From: the human T2T-CHM13v2.0 reference genome, Homo sapiens | Reading direction: 5' to 3' (one strand) | DNA: 64,000 nucleotides | Assembly (NCBI RefSeq): GCF_009914755.1 | Contig: NC_060946.1 | Shown: positions 19,001 through 32,424 of the stretch, in pieces | Position numbering within the stretch: the stretch's first letter is position 1 | Layout: each line of letters begins with the position of its first letter | Translations under genes and position numbers: made by a program | The notes under the pieces: model-generated | The model's input: only the letters and a program-made list of their open reading frames with translations | What the model was told of the DNA's origin: nothing | Database searches by the model: none

Positions 19001-19735
19001 GCCTGGACCCCGGTCCTGGTCCTTGTCCTGCCCCAGCCGTGGCCCTGGCCCTGCCCTGCCTGTGCCCTGTTCTATCCTGGGCTGGCCCTGCCATGGCCTG
19101 GTCTTGCCATTGCCCTGCCCTAGCCTGCCCTGCTTTTGCCCTAGATCTGCCCCTGCCTTTTCCCCTGTCTTTGTTCCAGCCTTGACTCAGCCCTGGACCT
19201 TCCCTGACCTTGCCACAGCCCTGGCACTACCCTGGCCTTGCCTTGGCATTTGCCCTACTCTCTCTATGGCCTGTCTCTGGTCCTGCCCTGCTCTGCTCTT
19301 TTTCTGTCCTGGCACAGCCCTGGCCCCGGCCCTGGCCCTGCCGTATCACTGGCTCTGGTCCTGCCCTTATGCAGGCCTGACCCTGCCCCTGCCTTGGCTT
19401 TGGCCTGGACCTTGGCCATACAGTGACCCTGCCATGACCCTTTCCTGGCCCTGGCCTGGAACCTGGCCCTGCCAAGGACTCGCCCTGGCTTTGTCATGGC
19501 CCTGGCCCTTTCCTGGATTTGGATGTGTCCTGTCCCTTATTTGCCCCGGCCCTTCCCTGGCTCTGCCATACCCCTTCTCTGGGGTAGGGCCAGGGTCAGG
19601 ACCAGGGTAGGGCCATGGTAAGGCCTGAAGATGGGAAGGGCCAGGGCAGCGGCAGGACCAGGGAAGGGTCAGGGCCAGGGATGTTGTAGGACTAGGGGCA
19701 GAGCCGGCACTAGTGCTGAGCCAGGGCAGAGCAGG
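16068..19735 (-). repeat. CAGGG repeat array 1 (degenerate CCCTG/GGCCCT units on +; last about 155 bp inverted)
   Basis: About 3.5 kb of CCCTG/CCCTGG variants; fits the CAGGG repeats described at hominoid pericentromeric duplication junctions. Confidence 0.88.
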
Positions 19736-19929
19736 AGAGATTACATTAGGCTCTTATGTAAAATTTTTATTTTAGATTTTTAAGATAACTATAGTAGTGG
19801 TAATAATGTCTATACTATGTTGTTTGTAATAGTAATAATATTTACAGTAAATAATCACTAAATTTTAACTAATACTATCTTTGCTTCCAGTACTGTTCTA
19901 TGAGTATAATTTTATCAATATGTAAATAT

Positions 19930-20150
19930 GTGAGGCATTGATTCTCACAATAATTCTAGGTGCTAGGTACTTAAAGCATCCCCATTTTCCAAATGTAGGA
20001 AACAGGCATAAAGAAGTTAAATACTTGGCCAGATTACTCCTGTAATTCCAGCACTTTGGGAGGCCAAGGCAGGCAGATGGCTTGAGCTCAGGAGTTTGGA
20101 ACCAGCCTGGGCAACATTGTGAAACCCCATCCCTACTAAAAATGCACAAA
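19930..20150. mobile_element. MIR fragment (minus, about 19930-20037) fused to an Alu left-arm fragment (plus, about 20038-20150)
   Basis: ATCCCCATTTTCCAAATGTAGGAAACAGGCATAAAGAAGTTAAATACTTG resembles the MIR core; followed by CCTGTAATTCCAGCACTTTGGGAGG. Confidence 0.65.
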
Positions 20151-20204
20151 AAGAGCTGATTTAAGTTTCTTGTAGGATTCTGGTTATAAAACACTGGTCA
20201 AACA

Positions 20205-21940
20205 CACAGGGCATAGATAGGGCAGGGACAGGGACAAGGTCAGGTCAGGAAGGGGCCAGGGCCAAGGCAGGGCCAGAGCTGGACTTGGAGGTGTCCTGGT
20301 CTGATTTGCCCTGCCTCTACATTGGCCCAGCCCTGCTCTGACACTTCCTGTCATGCCCTGTCCCTGGCCTGAGCATTGGCCCTGGCCCTGTCCTGCTTCT
20401 GGCCCTGCCCTGGAGTTGACCCGGCACTGCCATGTCCCAGTCCTGCATTGCCCTGCCCTCCTCTGCCCTGGTGCTGCCATGGCCCTGCTTGGGCCCTAGC
20501 TCTGCCTCGACTCTGGACATGCCCTGACTCTGCTCAGCCCTGGATCTACCCTGACTCTGCCTTGGTGTTGCCCTCTAATCTCTATGGCCTGGCTCTGGCC
20601 CTGCCTTGCACAGGCCATGCTCTGCCCTGCATGTCCCAGCCTGGGCCCAGCCCTTGCCCTACCATATTCCTGACCCCAGCCGTACCCTTGTCCTGGCCTT
20701 GACCCTGCCATGGCACTCTCCTGGCCCTTCCTTGGTCCTGCCCTGCCCTTCCATGTCCTGACCTTGCCCTCACCCTGCAGTGGTCCTGCCCTGCCCTGGC
20801 AGTGCCTTGGCCCTGGCCCTGCCTTCTCCCTGGCCTTGCCCTTTCCCTGCCCTGGCCTGACCCCAGGCCTACCGAGTCCATGAAACGACCTTGGACCTGC
20901 CTTGCCATCATCTGTCCTGGCACTGTATTGTCCCCACCATACTCTGGTCCAGCACTTACCCTGGCCCTGTTGCTAGTCCTGCCACTGCTATGGCTCTGCC
21001 CTGTTTTTGGCCATGCCCTGTGCTACCCTAGCCTTGCCCCACCTTGGCCTTGGCCCTACCATGGGCTTTTCCTACCCTGGCCTGGCTGTACACTGGCCTT
21101 TTCTACCCTGGCCTTGCCCTTCCCTGGCCTTGGCTTTGCCTTATCCTGGTCCTGGTTCTGCCCTGGCCCTGCTGTTTCTCTGGACCCTCACTGGTTCTGC
21201 CTTCTCCCTGGCCCTGCCCTTGCTCTGGCCCTGTCGCTGGCTCAGCCTTGACCCTGACCCTGGCCCTGACAATCCCCAGGCCCCACACTGGCCATGCTTG
21301 GCCCTGGCCCCTCCTTTGGCCCTGCCCTGGCACTGTGCTATCTTAGTACAGGGCCTTGGCCTTGGCCCTGTGCTATCTTAGTCCTGCCCTGGCCCTGAAC
21401 TCGCCCTGGCCCTACACTCACCCTACTCTGGCCCTGCCCTACCCTGGCATTGCCCTGCCCTGGCCCTGCCTTTGGCCTGCCCTGGCTCTGGTTCTGCCCT
21501 GGCCTTGCCCATGCCTTGGACCCTCTCTGGCCATGTTTTTACCATGGTCCTTCTCTGGCCTTGCCCTTGCCCTGTCCCCTTTCTGGTCCTGCCATGTTTC
21601 TGGCCTTGCCCTGTCCATGTCCTGGACCTGACTCTGGCCCTGGACCTCCCTGTCCCTGCCCTGCCATACCCTGGCCCGTTCCTTGCTCTACACTGACCCT
21701 GCCCTGCCTTGGCCCTGTGCTACCCTAGCCCTGCCCTGGCCTTCTGCTGGCCCTGATACTGCCATGGCCCTGGCCCGGCCATGTCCCTGCCCTGGCCCTG
21801 GTTCTGCCCTACTTCTGGCCCTAGCCTTGGTCCTCTCATGTCCCTGGCTATGGCCATGCCCCTGGTTTTTCTCTGGTCATGACCCTGCCCCGGTTCTGTC
21901 CTATCCCTGGCCCTGTCTCAGTTCTGTCCTAGCCCTGGCC
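20205..21940 (-). repeat. CAGGG repeat array 2 (first about 75 bp inverted)
   Basis: Same degenerate CCCTG/GGCCCT units as array 1. Confidence 0.88.
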
Positions 21941-22372
21941 TTTCACAGTACTTTATGCTTAGTAAGGGCTCCATAGTGTCTGTGAGTTGAATGTTGTGTT
22001 CATAGTAACTGCCAAAACAGAAAGAAAAAAAACAAAATCTGATGATGAGAAGTTAAAGCTTTGTATATAATATGCCTTGAAATGTAAGTGCTTGTTATTA
22101 GTTGTATTACATATAGGTCATGGTTTTGTACACATAACTCCAAACCATTGATACTGTTAAAAGAATATATGAATATATGAAAGAATATATAAACGTAAGA
22201 ATGCATGAGTATCTAATGACCTCTCCAAATTAATTTTTATTTTTAGCTCTATTAGATTTTTCTCAGTATAACAAATGTTTATTCCTATGTAATTAAGGGC
22301 ATATTTCCTGTACAGAATATTCACATTACCTAATTGAAAATTATATAATGCAAAAATATAGTACTATTTTTA

Positions 22373-22790
22373 GGCCAGGCATGGTGGCTCATACCTGTAA
22401 TCCCAACATTTTGAGAGGCCAAGTTTGAAGAATCATTTGAGTCCAGGAGTTGACCAGCCTGGGCAACATAGGGAGACCTTTTCTTCATTAAATAAATAAA
22501 TAGGTTGGGCACTGTGGCTCATATCTGTAATCCCAGCATTTTGGGTTGCCAAGGCAGGAGGATTGCTTGAGCCCAGGAGTTTGAGACCAGCCTGGGCAGC
22601 ATAGCAAGACTCCATCTCTACAAATAATAAAATATTAACCAGGTGTGGTGCACACCTGGGGTCCCAGCTACCTGGGAGGCTAAGGTGGGAGGTTTGCTCG
22701 AGGTTGCAGTGAACTGTGAATGCACCACTGCATTCCAGCCTAGGCCACAGAACAGGACCTTGTCTATAAATAAATAAGTAAAAATATAAT
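22373..22790 (+). mobile_element. Alu monomer (22373-22501) plus AluJ-like (22503-22790)
   Basis: Diverged Alu sequences with TAAA tails. Confidence 0.88.
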
Positions 22791-22902
22791 TAAAAAAGTA
22801 AAAAGAAATATAAGCAAATATAAATATAAATACATATAAATATAAAAATGAATACATGAAAACAAACAATTTTTAAATTTAACATCACTGAGGGCATTCT
22901 AT

Positions 22903-25900
22903 CCATTTCATTTCATGATTCCATTACATCATTTCACTTAGATGAAATGATAAGATGACTTGAGATGAGATGAAATGATGAAATGATGAGATGAAATGAT
23001 GAGATGAAATTTTGAGATGAAATGGTGAGTAGAAATGATGAGATGAAATGATGAGACAAAATGACAAAATTGAAAAGAAATTGAAAGGAGACGAGATGAG
23101 ATGAAATGAGATGATGGATGAAATGATGAGATGAAACGAGATGAAATGATGAGTTGAAATGAAATGAAATAATGAAATGAAATGATATGAAATAATGAAA
23201 TTGAAATGAGATGAGATGAGATGATATAATGAGATAAAATGAGATGAAATGAGATGAACAATAAGAGGAAATGATGAAATGAGATGAGATGATAAGATGA
23301 AATGATGAGATGAAATGAGATGAAAAATGATGAGATGAAAAATGATGAGATGAAAAATGAGATGAAATAATGAAATGAAATGAAATAATGAAAGGAAATT
23401 ATGAAATGTAATGATGAAATTGAAATGAGATGAGATGAAATGAGATGAAATGAGATGAAATGATGAGATCAAATGAGATGATGAGATGAAATGAAATGAG
23501 ATATAATGAAATGTGATGAAATGAAATGACATAATGAAATGCAATAATGAAATGAGATGAAATGAAATGATGAAATAATGAAATGGCAATGATGAGATGA
23601 GAAGAAATGATGAGATGAAATGAAATTAAATGATGAGATTAAATGATGAGATGAGATGTGATGAAATGAGATGAAATGATGACATGATATGATGACATGC
23701 AATCAGATGAAATAATGAGATGAAATGATGAGATGAGATGAAATGATGATATGAGATGAAATGAGATGAGATGAAATGTGATGAGATGAAATGACATAGT
23801 GAAATGAAATAATGAAATGAAATGATGAAATGGAATAATGAAATGGAAATGATGAGATGAGATGCAACGAGTTGAAATGATGAGATGAAATGATGAGATG
23901 AAAAGATGAGATGAGACAAGATGTGATGAAATGATGACATGAAGTGACATAAAATGAGATGAAATGAGATGAGATGAAATGAGATGAAATGATAAGATGA
24001 GATGAAATGAAATGGTGAGATAAAATGATGATATGAAATGATGATATGAAATGATGAGATGAATGATGAGATGAAATGATAAGATGAGATGATGAGATGA
24101 AATGATGAGTTGAAATGAAATAATGAAATAATGAGATGAAATGAAATGAAATAATGAAATGAAATGAAATTGAAATAAAATTGAAATGAGATGAGATGAA
24201 ATGAGATGAAATAAGATGAAATGATGAAATGAAATGATAAGATGAAATGATGAAATAAAATGATGAAATGATGAGATGTGATGAGATGAAATGATGAGAT
24301 GAAATGACATGAAATAATGAAATGAAATTGAAATGAGATGAGAAGATACGAGATGAGATGAAATGATGAGATGAAATGATGAAATGATGAGATAAGATGA
24401 AATGAGTTGATGAGATGATGAGATGAAATGATGAGATGAAAAGATGAGATGAAATGATGAGATGAAATGAAATGAAGTGATGAGATGAAATGCGATGAAA
24501 TGAAATTAGATGAAATGTAATGAGATGAAATAAAATGACATAATGAAATGAAATAATGAAATGAAATAATGAAATGAGGTGAAATTAAATGAGATGATGA
24601 AATTAAATGATGAAATGATGAAATGGAAATGAAATGGAAACGATGAGATGAGATGAAATGACGAGATGAATGATGAGATGAAATGAGATGAAATGATGAG
24701 ACGCAATGATGAGATGAAATGATGAAATGATGAGATGAGATGAGATGTAATGATGAGAGGAAATGATGAGATGTAATGAAATGAGATGAAATGAATGAGA
24801 TGAAATGAAATAATGAAAGGAAATTGAATTGAGATGAGATGAGATGAAATGAGATAAAATGAGATGAAATAAGAAATGATGATATGAAATGATGAGATGA
24901 GATGAAATGATGAGATGAGGTGAGATGAGATGAAATGGGATGAAATGATGAAATGATGAGATGAGATGAGAAGAAATGATGACATGAAATGAGGTAAGAT
25001 GAGATGAAATGATGAGATGAGATGAAATGAAATAAAGTGAAATGAAATGAAATAATGAAACTGAAATGAGGTGAGATGGAATGAGATAAAATGATGAGAT
25101 GAAATGAGAAGAAATGAGATGAAATGATGAAATGATGACATGAGATGATGAGATGAAATGACGAGATGAAAAATGATGAGATGAAAATTGATGAGATGAA
25201 ATGATGAGATGAATTGAAATGAGATGAAATGAAATAATGAAATAATGAAATGAGATAAAATGAAATGATGAAATGAAATGATATTGAAATGAAATTGAAA
25301 GATGAGATGAGATGAAATGATGCGATGAAATGATGAAATGTTGAAATGAAATGATGAAATGAAGAGATGTGGTGAGATGAAATGATGAGCTGAAATGATG
25401 AGACGAAATGAAATGAGATTAAATGATGAGATGAAAAATGATGAGATGAAAAACGATGAGATGAAATGATGAGATGAAATGAGATGAGATGAATTGAGAT
25501 GAGATGAGATGAAATAATGAAATTAGGTGAAATAATGAAATGAGATGAAATGAAATAATGAAATGAAATTGAAATGAGATGAGAAGAAATGATGAGATGA
25601 AATGTTGAAATGAAAGGAGGAAATGATGAGATGAGGAGATGAAATGATGAGATGAAATGAATTGAGATGAAATGAGATGAAAAATGATATGAAAAAGGAT
25701 GAGATGAAATGAAATGAGATGATATGAAGTGACATAATGAAATAAATGAAATGAGACGAAATGAAATGAAATAGTGAAATGAAATGATGAAATGAAATAA
25801 AATGAAATGGAAATGAGATGAGATTTGATGAAATGATGAGATGAAATGATGAGATGATATGCTGAGATGAGATAAAATGAGATGAAATGATGAGATGAAA

Positions 25901-25944
25901 TGATGAGATGAAATGATGAGATGAAATGATGAGGTGAAGTGATG
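22903..25944. repeat. Degenerate (GATGA/GAAAT/GAT)n satellite-like array
   Basis: About 3 kb of ATGAA/ATGAG/ATG units, almost no C on +; first about 37 bp in the opposite orientation. Confidence 0.95.
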
Positions 25945-26659
25945 CACTGTCACGTGTGTGTGTATTCTTTTTCCCAACCAACAAAAATTATAATGCATTT
26001 TAATTTTATTATTTAAGAATATTCTTAAGAGTTGAAGGAAAAATAATATCTACATTATGGGTTACAATCAAAGTATAAATAATACATAAATATATTAAAA
26101 CTTACAAAGAATATGTTTTGGAATCGAATATACCATGCTTCTGTGATGACAGTTATTTCATGCTGGTTGTCACAATTTTACATGAAAAACTAATGAAAAA
26201 ATGTTTTTAACTGTTTCTAAAAATAACACTCTCCAAAAGAGTTTAACATTCGAAATATGAAAAAGATGTCTTTGTGTTCCTTAATCTGATGAGATTTTCA
26301 CACTCTGCACATGGTAATTGTTAGATTTTTATTGTGTTGATAAATTGTATATCAAATAAAAAATGTTATTACCTCTTAAATTAGGATCTTTAGGTGATAT
26401 AGGCAGAAAGGAAGGCAAGTTTTTATAACTTTGTCTAAATGAACTTTCTAAATGCCTGAGTATTAAAAGATAGCATGTCTATAAATCACAATGTATGTAT
26501 TACTGTATGACCTAGGACCAATCAAAACCATTACCTCTGATAACATTATATTGTTCCCAATATAAAATAGATATAATAATACCTCAAACTTAAATCCAGG
26601 CATTGTCATTGAATATCTTAAGAATATGAAGCAAAGGTGCTTTTAAAAATACAAGCTAG

Positions 26660-27360
26660 TGATTGTACTAAATTTGTAAATCACATAAGATAGTGGGTCA
26701 TTTTAAGAATATTAGTTATTTCAATCTATAAACATGGATGTCTTTCCTTTTTTGTGTTTTCTTTAATTTCTTTCGTTAATATTTGTCATTTTTATTGTAG
26801 AAATCTTTTACTTCCTTGCTTAAATTTATTTCTAAGTACATTTTTGTAGCTATTATAAAAGGAATTGCTTTCTTAATTCCTTGTTTCAGCTAGTTTACTA
26901 TGAATATATAGAAATGCTACTGATTTTTGTATGTTGATTTATATCCTGCAACTTTATTAATTTCATGTATCACCCTAAGAAGCTTTTGGTAGCATCTTAT
27001 TTTTTTCCGTGTTTAAGATCACATTGTCTTTAAACAGGGACAATTTGACTGTCTCCTTTCAAATTCAGATGTCCTTTATTTCTTTCTCTCACCTAATTGT
27101 CCTGGCTAAGACTTTCACTATGTGAAATATGATTGGTGAAAATAGGCATCCCTTTCTTGTTACAATAAAATCTTTTTCTTGTTCACAGTAAAATCTTTCA
27201 CCTTTTCCACACTCAGTATGATCTTAGCTGTAGATTTGTCCTTTATGTCCTTTGTGTTGAGGCATATATTTTCTATACTAAATTGTTGAGAGGTTTTTTG
27301 TCATGTAAGAATATTTAATTTTGCCAAACGCTTTTATTGTGTTTATTAATTTAATCCTAT
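26660..27360 (-). mobile_element. Old L1 ORF2 (RT region) fragment, inverted relative to the adjacent 3' end
   Basis: GCTACTGATTTTTGTATGTTGATTTATATCCTGCAACTTT and AAACAGGGACAATTTGACT are reverse-complement ORF2. Confidence 0.8.
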
Positions 27361-28050
27361 GGTTTTCAGTATATATCCAAAGGAAAGAAAATCAGTATAT
27401 CAAAGAGTTACCTGCACCCGCATGTTTATTACAACACTGTTCACAATAGCCAAGATATGGAATCAACAAAAGTGTCCATCAACAGATGAATGGATAAAGA
27501 AATGTAACATAATATATAATGGAATATTATTTAGTCCTAATAAAGAACAAAATCCTATTATTTGTGGCAACAAGAATGCAAGTGGAGGGCACTATGTTAG
27601 GTGAAATAAGCCTGGCATAGAAACATAAACACCACATAACTACGTGTTCTCACTTATGTATGGAAGCTAAAATTTTTAATCTCGTAGAAGTAGATAGTAG
27701 AGTTTTGGTTACCATATCCTGGAAAGAGTAGGAGAAAGAAGAGTATAAGAAAAATGTGGTTAATACATACAAAATTACAGCTGGAGAGAAGGAAGAAGTT
27801 CTAGTTCTCTACAGAACTGTTGGGTGACTGCAGTTAACGGGAATTTATTGTGTGTTTTCAAATAACCAAAATAAAAGATTTTGAATATTCTCACTGCAAA
27901 GAAATAATACATGATTTAGGTAGTGGATATGATAATGACTGTGAGTTGATCTTTATGCATTGCATAAATATATCAAAATATCACTCTGTACCCCATAACA
28001 TGTACATTTATTATATGTCAATTAAAGTAAATTTAAAAGAGAAAAAATGA
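27361..28050 (+). mobile_element. L1MA-like 3' end
   Basis: IYPKERKSVYQRVTCTRMFITTLFTIAKIWNQ; 3'UTR ending ATGTCAATTAAA plus A-rich tail. Confidence 0.85.
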
Positions 28051-28586
28051 GGTAAAGCTAAATGTACAGAATTTAATTACTTTTTCTCCTATAAAACCCA
28101 AGAGTCAGTACCAAGAAGAGTCAGTTTATTAGTTTTCTAAAATAAAAAAAAAATCAGTCACCAAAAAAGAGCAATATCCAAGAAAACATTGAAAATGAAA
28201 CACAACATTTAGTAAGAATAGAAAACTTGGACACTGTATCACCCTGTTCCTAGATACCGATTTACTGATGGCCATTTAAATATAATTTTATTCTATCTAA
28301 TTCATTTATACTCCCAGAGTTCGAAATTACATTTTACCTACAGTAAATGAGATAACACTTGTAAATTATATGGTACTCTGCCTAACACACGTTAATAACT
28401 CAATAGATGTTAGCAATAAACTTTTAGTATAGTAGTCAAAGTATTAATTTCTCACATTGAAATTTTCTTCAAAGACATGAATACAACCTTTCTAATGACT
28501 CCTTGTTCATCAAGATACCTCTTCAAATTATTCTATTTGTTTCATTCAGTATATTATCTGTGTATACCAATATGATATTACACGCT

Positions 28587-28909
<323 letters not shown>

Positions 28910-29253
28910 TGAATATCTTTTTGAAAGACTACACCTCTTTACCTCTTTGTGCTTCAGAAATTATTTTCCTTCAAGTGTTCTAAGAGTCTAATGAAGAATG
29001 AAGTCACGTTTTATCACTTTTGTCCTTAAAGATTTCAGACAAGCTGAAACTGATTGAAGTATCATTTGCTACCAGATAGATTAATTATCTCTAGTTGTAG
29101 GAGTGGATACATCTTTAATGGTATATTTTGGTTTATTGTCTTATTTTTGATGCAGTATTCTATAAATAATTTATTAAACCTGGCATCCTTGGGTGAGCAT
29201 GGATTTTTCAACTTCGGTGCTATATTGTGTTTGCTTTTAAAAACTCCTTTTGA

Positions 29254-29560
29254 GGCCGGGTATGGTGGCTCTTGCCCATACCCAGCACTTTGGGAGGCCA
29301 AGGTGGGCGGATTACCTCAGGTCAGGAGTTCAAGACCAGCCTAGTCAACATGGCAAAACCATGTCTCTACTAAAAACACAAAATTAGCCAGGCATGGTGG
29401 TACATGCTTGTAGTCCTAAGCACTCGGGAGGCTGAGGCAAGAGAATCACCTGAACCTGGGAGGCAAAAGTTGCTAGGTTGCTGTGAGCCAAGTTCGCACC
29501 ATTGCACTCCAGCCTGGGTGAAAAGAGCAAAACTCTGTCTCAAAAAAATAAAAGCCACCA
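29254..29560 (+). mobile_element. Alu (AluS-like)
   Basis: TSD AAAAACT(C/G)CTTTTGA. Confidence 0.93.
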
Positions 29561-32424
29561 AAAACTGCTTTTGAATGGAGTTGTACATACAATCTTTATG
29601 AAAAAAATTATCAAGTGCATAAATTTATAATAGAAAAACCAATAATACTCCAGGCACAAGTTAGTACTAAAAAAGTTATGTTGAATATTCTCTAATACAA
29701 CATGCTTTTTTCCTTCATGAACAATTTGTGTTTTACTGAGAAGAGTCATTGTTTATGGTAGACATTAGACTACAGATGAATATGTACTTTAAACACTCTT
29801 AGTTGCTTTCTTAATTTTATATCTGCTGCTTTATGCTTCTGTTTATTTTCATTCTTTCCAATGTCCACATTCTAGTAAATTCGAATATTTTAATCCAAGT
29901 TTATATACTATTTAATATTGCTTGTATAGTTTAGTATTGTTAAGACTCAAAAAGGTTTACAGAAAGAAGAAAAAGATCAACATGTTATTAATCATTTAAA
30001 GATCATTTTGAAATCTTTGACCTTTATATTTTAATGAATAAAATATTAGTAGTTATTAGTATAAAATAATTTATGTCTTTTGGACTTAGCATCCAGTATT
30101 TCTTTTTTAATAAAGAAAATAATTATTCTCTTGCAATATATTATGTTTATCTGGGTTTTGAAAAGTGATGTTTCCTAATATGAGAAAGCCATTTACATTT
30201 TTCAATCTACAAACGCAAATGGAATGGTACTAAATTATTTACATAATAATATTTAGATGGTGGCCCTTATAACATTCTTTCAATACTTCCTACAGAGTTG
30301 GGGATATGCAATCCTAGAATATTTCTGGGAGCCAATCCTTTAGCTTGATGAATGAAACAAGACTTTTAAATAAAATTAAACTTTCAAATTATCCAGGTAA
30401 TGGGCCTGTCTTTTAATTCAATGGATATGGAGCATAATGAATTATCCCCTGTTCTTTGGGTAATAAGTTCTCATTCTTATAATACTCAAAATGTCCTTTA
30501 ATTTTTAATTTTTGATAGTCATATCATTATCCCTAGGTATTTTAGCTTCTATCTTAAATTCTAAAATAATTTTGAAATAGGAGAAAGTATTCTTTATTAC
30601 TACATGTATTAAACATCATGGTTTTCAAATTTAACTGCAGATGTATCTTTTCATTGCTTCTTGGTGACGCCCTTCTCCCTATCCATATTGTCACTACCAA
30701 GTGGTGATTACTTTTCAGGTTCACATACTTATTCTTCAGAAAAATCTTCTCTCTGCCTTATAAAGAATATGATTGTTGGCATTCAAAAGCCAGCGAAGTA
30801 TACATTATTAGCCTGTTGCCTAACTCATTTCTTTAAGAAACTACACTAATTACCCACATACTTATGTTTTTATTTCCTCATTATTTCTGGATAAAACAAA
30901 TACTGCTAACATGATATTTGTAAGACAGAAAAAAGTCTTTTCTTGAAAAGTGCTGTCATTGTAGTACTACCTTATAGTATCAATTTCTTTATCAACTCCT
31001 TATACAGTTTTTATTCTGAAAGACATAAAAAAACTAAAAGTGAAATGACTTTTTTTACTCTCCATATTATAAGCACCCATCTTGGTAATTTAGGGTCTTT
31101 ATAGTTAGGGTAAGTTGTGTCATACCGAGGTTACAAATTAAAAAGTATTTTGTCACTTTGGGCCTTTCGTTATTCAGTAATACTGTCAGTTTGGCTTTTT
31201 TTGTAGGTCAACTTATTGAACTCAGTATTCTGAAATAATGTGTTTACTATCTTTTGATAAGCATTTAAAATATTAGATTTATTGTTACTCTTCTGCCTTC
31301 ATTGGGCTGGAAGAATAATTGTTTCACTCCACAAAAGCCAAGTTGCAGAGAAAAACACATAGACATTCAACTGCAAGGCAGAGAAACTTGACTACTTTCT
31401 GCAATTTTAAAGTGTATATTGAATAAAACCATCTTTTTATTTTCTTTTTTGCTCACTGGCAAATATTAACAACATCAAGTGTGTTATTATAATGTTATCT
31501 AGTTAAAAATCTCAAAAAGTTTTCATAATTACCATTTTAAAATATATAAATAGGTGACCTAATGTTAATTTTTATTGTCTGAGACCATGTCTGTTATTTC
31601 ACTCTTTAAATTCAGTTAGTAATGCAGAACCTAGCACTTAGTAGATACTCAAAAATTATTTGCTGGATAAAAAAAGGTTAAACGTGTAATATACACAAAA
31701 TGTACTGGAAAAAATGCACCAAACAATTTTGTTATACCAGTTTAATGTAAATATTGCCTTTAAAAGATAATATAGTTTTCAGGTGTCTACAGTGATTTTG
31801 TAATATTTGTGCACATATAAAATAATATTTCCAAAAATGTAATCCAGTGGGTAAATATACTTTCTAAATTCTATATTTATAATTTAGGGTTTAAATTATA
31901 AAATTAAATAAAACACAAGTGAAATATAGTCAAATATCCCCTTGGAAAAAAATTAAGTGGCCTCTAAAGTGAGGTATTCATATACGTAAGTTTACAATCC
32001 TCTAGTGATAGAATTAATTAAATATGCCACCAAATTGATTAATTCCTACAGTGTTAAAAGAGAAGCACTAACAATGCTAGTGACCATGTAACATGGATTT
32101 AAGCTACAAGTCATAGAAATGTGACGAGAAGCCTCAGCGCTGTGAAACAGAGGGTGGAGGAAAGCTTTTCCTCTCTCAAATGAGCTTTGCGATGTATACT
32201 TCTTGAAGGATAGGAAGTTGAAGTGTTCAGGACGTTTATGTCTATTCTGCTTTGGCTTAGTTTACATGATTCTTAGTTTATTAGCCTAGAAATGGCCAAG
32301 AAAACTTAAGGCTCAATAATTAGTTATAAATATGAAATATCCCCAATTTTTAAGATTAAAAACAACTTATAAATGTATTTGTCTGTAAAAATTGTGTATA
32401 TTTTTACAGAACATCTATTTCTTT

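Noticed and set aside
15982-21976. Dozens of P/W/L/C- or G/Q/R-rich ORFs
   Set aside because: Translations of the CAGGG array in all frames; low complexity
16068-25944. Tandem arrays as a CRISPR-like or coding repeat system
   Set aside because: No constant repeat with unique spacers, primate context, no associated enzymes
23626-25998. 790-aa minus-strand ORF and overlapping S/F/H/I-rich ORFs
   Set aside because: By-product of a simple repeat whose composition excludes stop codons on that strand; no domain or gene structure
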